Shown piece after piece: positions 62,677 through 64,000 of a stretch of DNA of 64,000 nt. Source of the stretch: Escherichia phage vb_EcoM_bov9_1. Each line of letters begins with the position of its first letter. The first letter of the stretch is position 1. Position numbers and translations under genes: made by a program. The DNA lies in sequence record MT884006.2; one strand, 5' to 3'. The notes beneath the pieces are model-generated. The model was not told the origin of the DNA. It saw nothing but the letters and a program-made list of their open reading frames with translations, and did not search any database.

Positions 62677-62956
62677 ATTGAATCACCTTCAGTTGACGTT
62701 TTAGTTCTTTTATCATTTCTTCGTTCATCGCAATATAAAGATCGCGTAAAGCAGGTTTTAACATTCCATTTACTGGAGAACTAAATGGGCATACATAATC
62801 TTTTCCTACGAGCTTTTTAGTTAATTCCATGTCACAAAACTGAAATGCTGGTTCATTGGCATAAATTCCCCAATTAGTTGACATCATTTTATTGGCATAT
62901 TCTAATGCCTGGATTTGATTAGTAATTCCGTCAATTTGAAACTTTTTAATATTCAT
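62660..62956 (-). CDS. Hypothetical protein, 98 aa (arn.x cluster)
   Basis: ORF; synteny. Confidence 0.45.
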   Translation of the reverse strand: MNIKKFQIDGITNQIQALEYANKMMSTNWGIYANEPAFQFCDMELTKKLVGKDYVCPFSSPVNGMLKPALRDLYIAMNEEMIKELKRQLKVIQFGQGN

Positions 62957-63417
62957 TAGTAAAGGTCCTCAGAGTAAAGTTCTTTTTCACTACCACCGCG
63001 TTCAATACGTACTTGTCCAGCGTAAGTTGCAATAATCATTGCTTCTTCACGTGTCCAATAATTACTATATTGGTCAATAAACCCTTGGTCATCATCACAA
63101 ACTTGCTGAGTAACTAATTGCGGTTTAACTACATCTAAAACTTCTGCCATATCTTTAGAATAATGACGAGCACCCGGAATAATAAGAGTTCGTCCATCTT
63201 TTAATTTAAAACGGTTGGCTGCGCAAACAATTCGTCGTTGATACTTTTGGTTTTCATCCCAGTATGCAGACTGCCAGCAAATTTCAGGAACTTCTTTCAG
63301 AATATCTTCTTCTGTGCATTTATAACCATGTGCTTTAAATTTTTGAACAAGACTTTCTGGAGTCTCACGAGATAAAGGAACATTCAACATTTTTAAACGA
63401 TTAATAAATGGGTTCAT
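62956..63417 (-). CDS. Hypothetical protein, 153 aa (arn.x cluster)
   Basis: ORF with ATGA-type overlaps. Confidence 0.5.
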   Translation of the reverse strand: MNPFINRLKMLNVPLSRETPESLVQKFKAHGYKCTEEDILKEVPEICWQSAYWDENQKYQRRIVCAANRFKLKDGRTLIIPGARHYSKDMAEVLDVVKPQLVTQQVCDDDQGFIDQYSNYWTREEAMIIATYAGQVRIERGGSEKELYSEDLY

Positions 63418-63743
63418 TTAAACCATCCTTTAATACGCTGCCACAAAGTTTTCTGTTGAGCTTTGTTAACACCAATTGAGCGAATAACTGGTTGAGATTC
63501 CTGGAATTCTTTATAATCAGCAAGGTAAATTTCGTAAGCTGCATCCGTAAATGAACTTATCGCTGCCATAAAATTATTGCGAATACCTACTGGAGCATCT
63601 TTACTTTCACGAATAATCATGTATTTACCAGTCTTAATCTTTACAATAGTTCCAAGATAAGCTCCATGGTACCAAATATCCCAACCCTCTTGAGTAGGTT
63701 CTGCACAACGACGAAGTTCATTGACAATTTCTAACTTGTTCAT
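63414..63743 (-). CDS. Hypothetical protein, 109 aa
   Basis: ORF; start 11 nt downstream of motA stop. Confidence 0.5.
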   Translation of the reverse strand: MNKLEIVNELRRCAEPTQEGWDIWYHGAYLGTIVKIKTGKYMIIRESKDAPVGIRNNFMAAISSFTDAAYEIYLADYKEFQESQPVIRSIGVNKAQQKTLWQRIKGWFK

Positions 63744-63753
63744 TATTTATTCC

Positions 63754-64000
63754 TCACAGTTCAGATGCTACAGTGATTACTGCTTCAATGTTTTCTGCCG
63801 AGCGTTTAATATCAAGATACACATTACCGTTTTTAGCGATTTTACATGACATTCCGATGTCAGTAAATTTCTGAATATGGTGTTCCATCATTTTGTATCC
63901 AAAAATTCGCATATTTCCATTGTTGTTAATTTCAAAATTACGAATTCCGTGAGTGCGTTTTTCTAAAATAGCGAGATAGTTACTACGATAAGTTTCAACC
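63754..64000 (-). CDS. motA: MotA middle-transcription activator, C-terminal DNA-binding part (5' end outside window)
   Basis: Hand-translated open frame to window edge ending ...IAKNGNVYLDIKRSAENIEAVITVASEL; matches my recollection of the MotA C-terminus. Confidence 0.55.
   Translation of the reverse strand, partial: VETYRSNYLAILEKRTHGIRNFEINNNGNMRIFGYKMMEHHIQKFTDIGMSCKIAKNGNVYLDIKRSAENIEAVITVASEL

Noticed and set aside
63754-63850. Apparent frameshift near the 3' end of motA
   Set aside because: On a first pass I miscounted a T-run near 63840 and got a premature stop. Re-reading the sequence line by line (GCGATTTTACATGAC) restores a continuous frame ending ...VITVASEL at 63754, so there is no frameshift

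Overview
This 64 kb window is a contiguous late/early gene block of a T-even (T4-like, Tequatrovirus-type) Escherichia phage, running from the 3' part of tail sheath gene 18 to the 3' part of motA. Basis: direct reading of the supplied ORF translations and sequence, compared with my memory of T4 proteins; no database search was run. Plus-strand late genes: 18, 19, 20, 67, 68, 21, 22, 23, 24, uvsW, 51, 27, 28, 29, 48, 54, then long tail fibre genes 34-38 and holin t. Minus-strand early/middle genes: rnlB, hoc, inh, uvsY, 25, 26, two tandem Alt-family ADP-ribosyltransferases, DNA ligase 30 with its 30.x ORFs, rIII, 31, cd, pseT, a spanin pair, alc, rnlA, denA, nrdB, an HNH endonuclease, nrdA, td, frd, 32, 59, 33, dsbA, rnh, asiA, arn, motA. 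Gene order and protein lengths match T4 closely, but several features differ from the T4 reference as I recall it: td and nrdB are uninterrupted (no group I introns), there is no seg-type endonuclease ORF at the 23/24, inh/uvsW or 32-flanking junctions, gp38 is the Gly-rich T2/T6-type adhesin (260 aa), and gp37 carries a C-terminal chaperone-like tail. Most worth a second look: a NADAR/YbiA-like ORF and a HAD-like ORF in the gene 30 operon next to the two Alt paralogs, an HNH endonuclease nested between nrdA and nrdB with 1-nt overlaps, an extra ORF between frd and td, a duplicated early-promoter cassette, and a recurrent GC-rich tetraloop hairpin family at gene junctions. No tRNA, rRNA or CRISPR features were seen. 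Coordinates of promoters and hairpins were read by eye and may be off by 1-2 nt.
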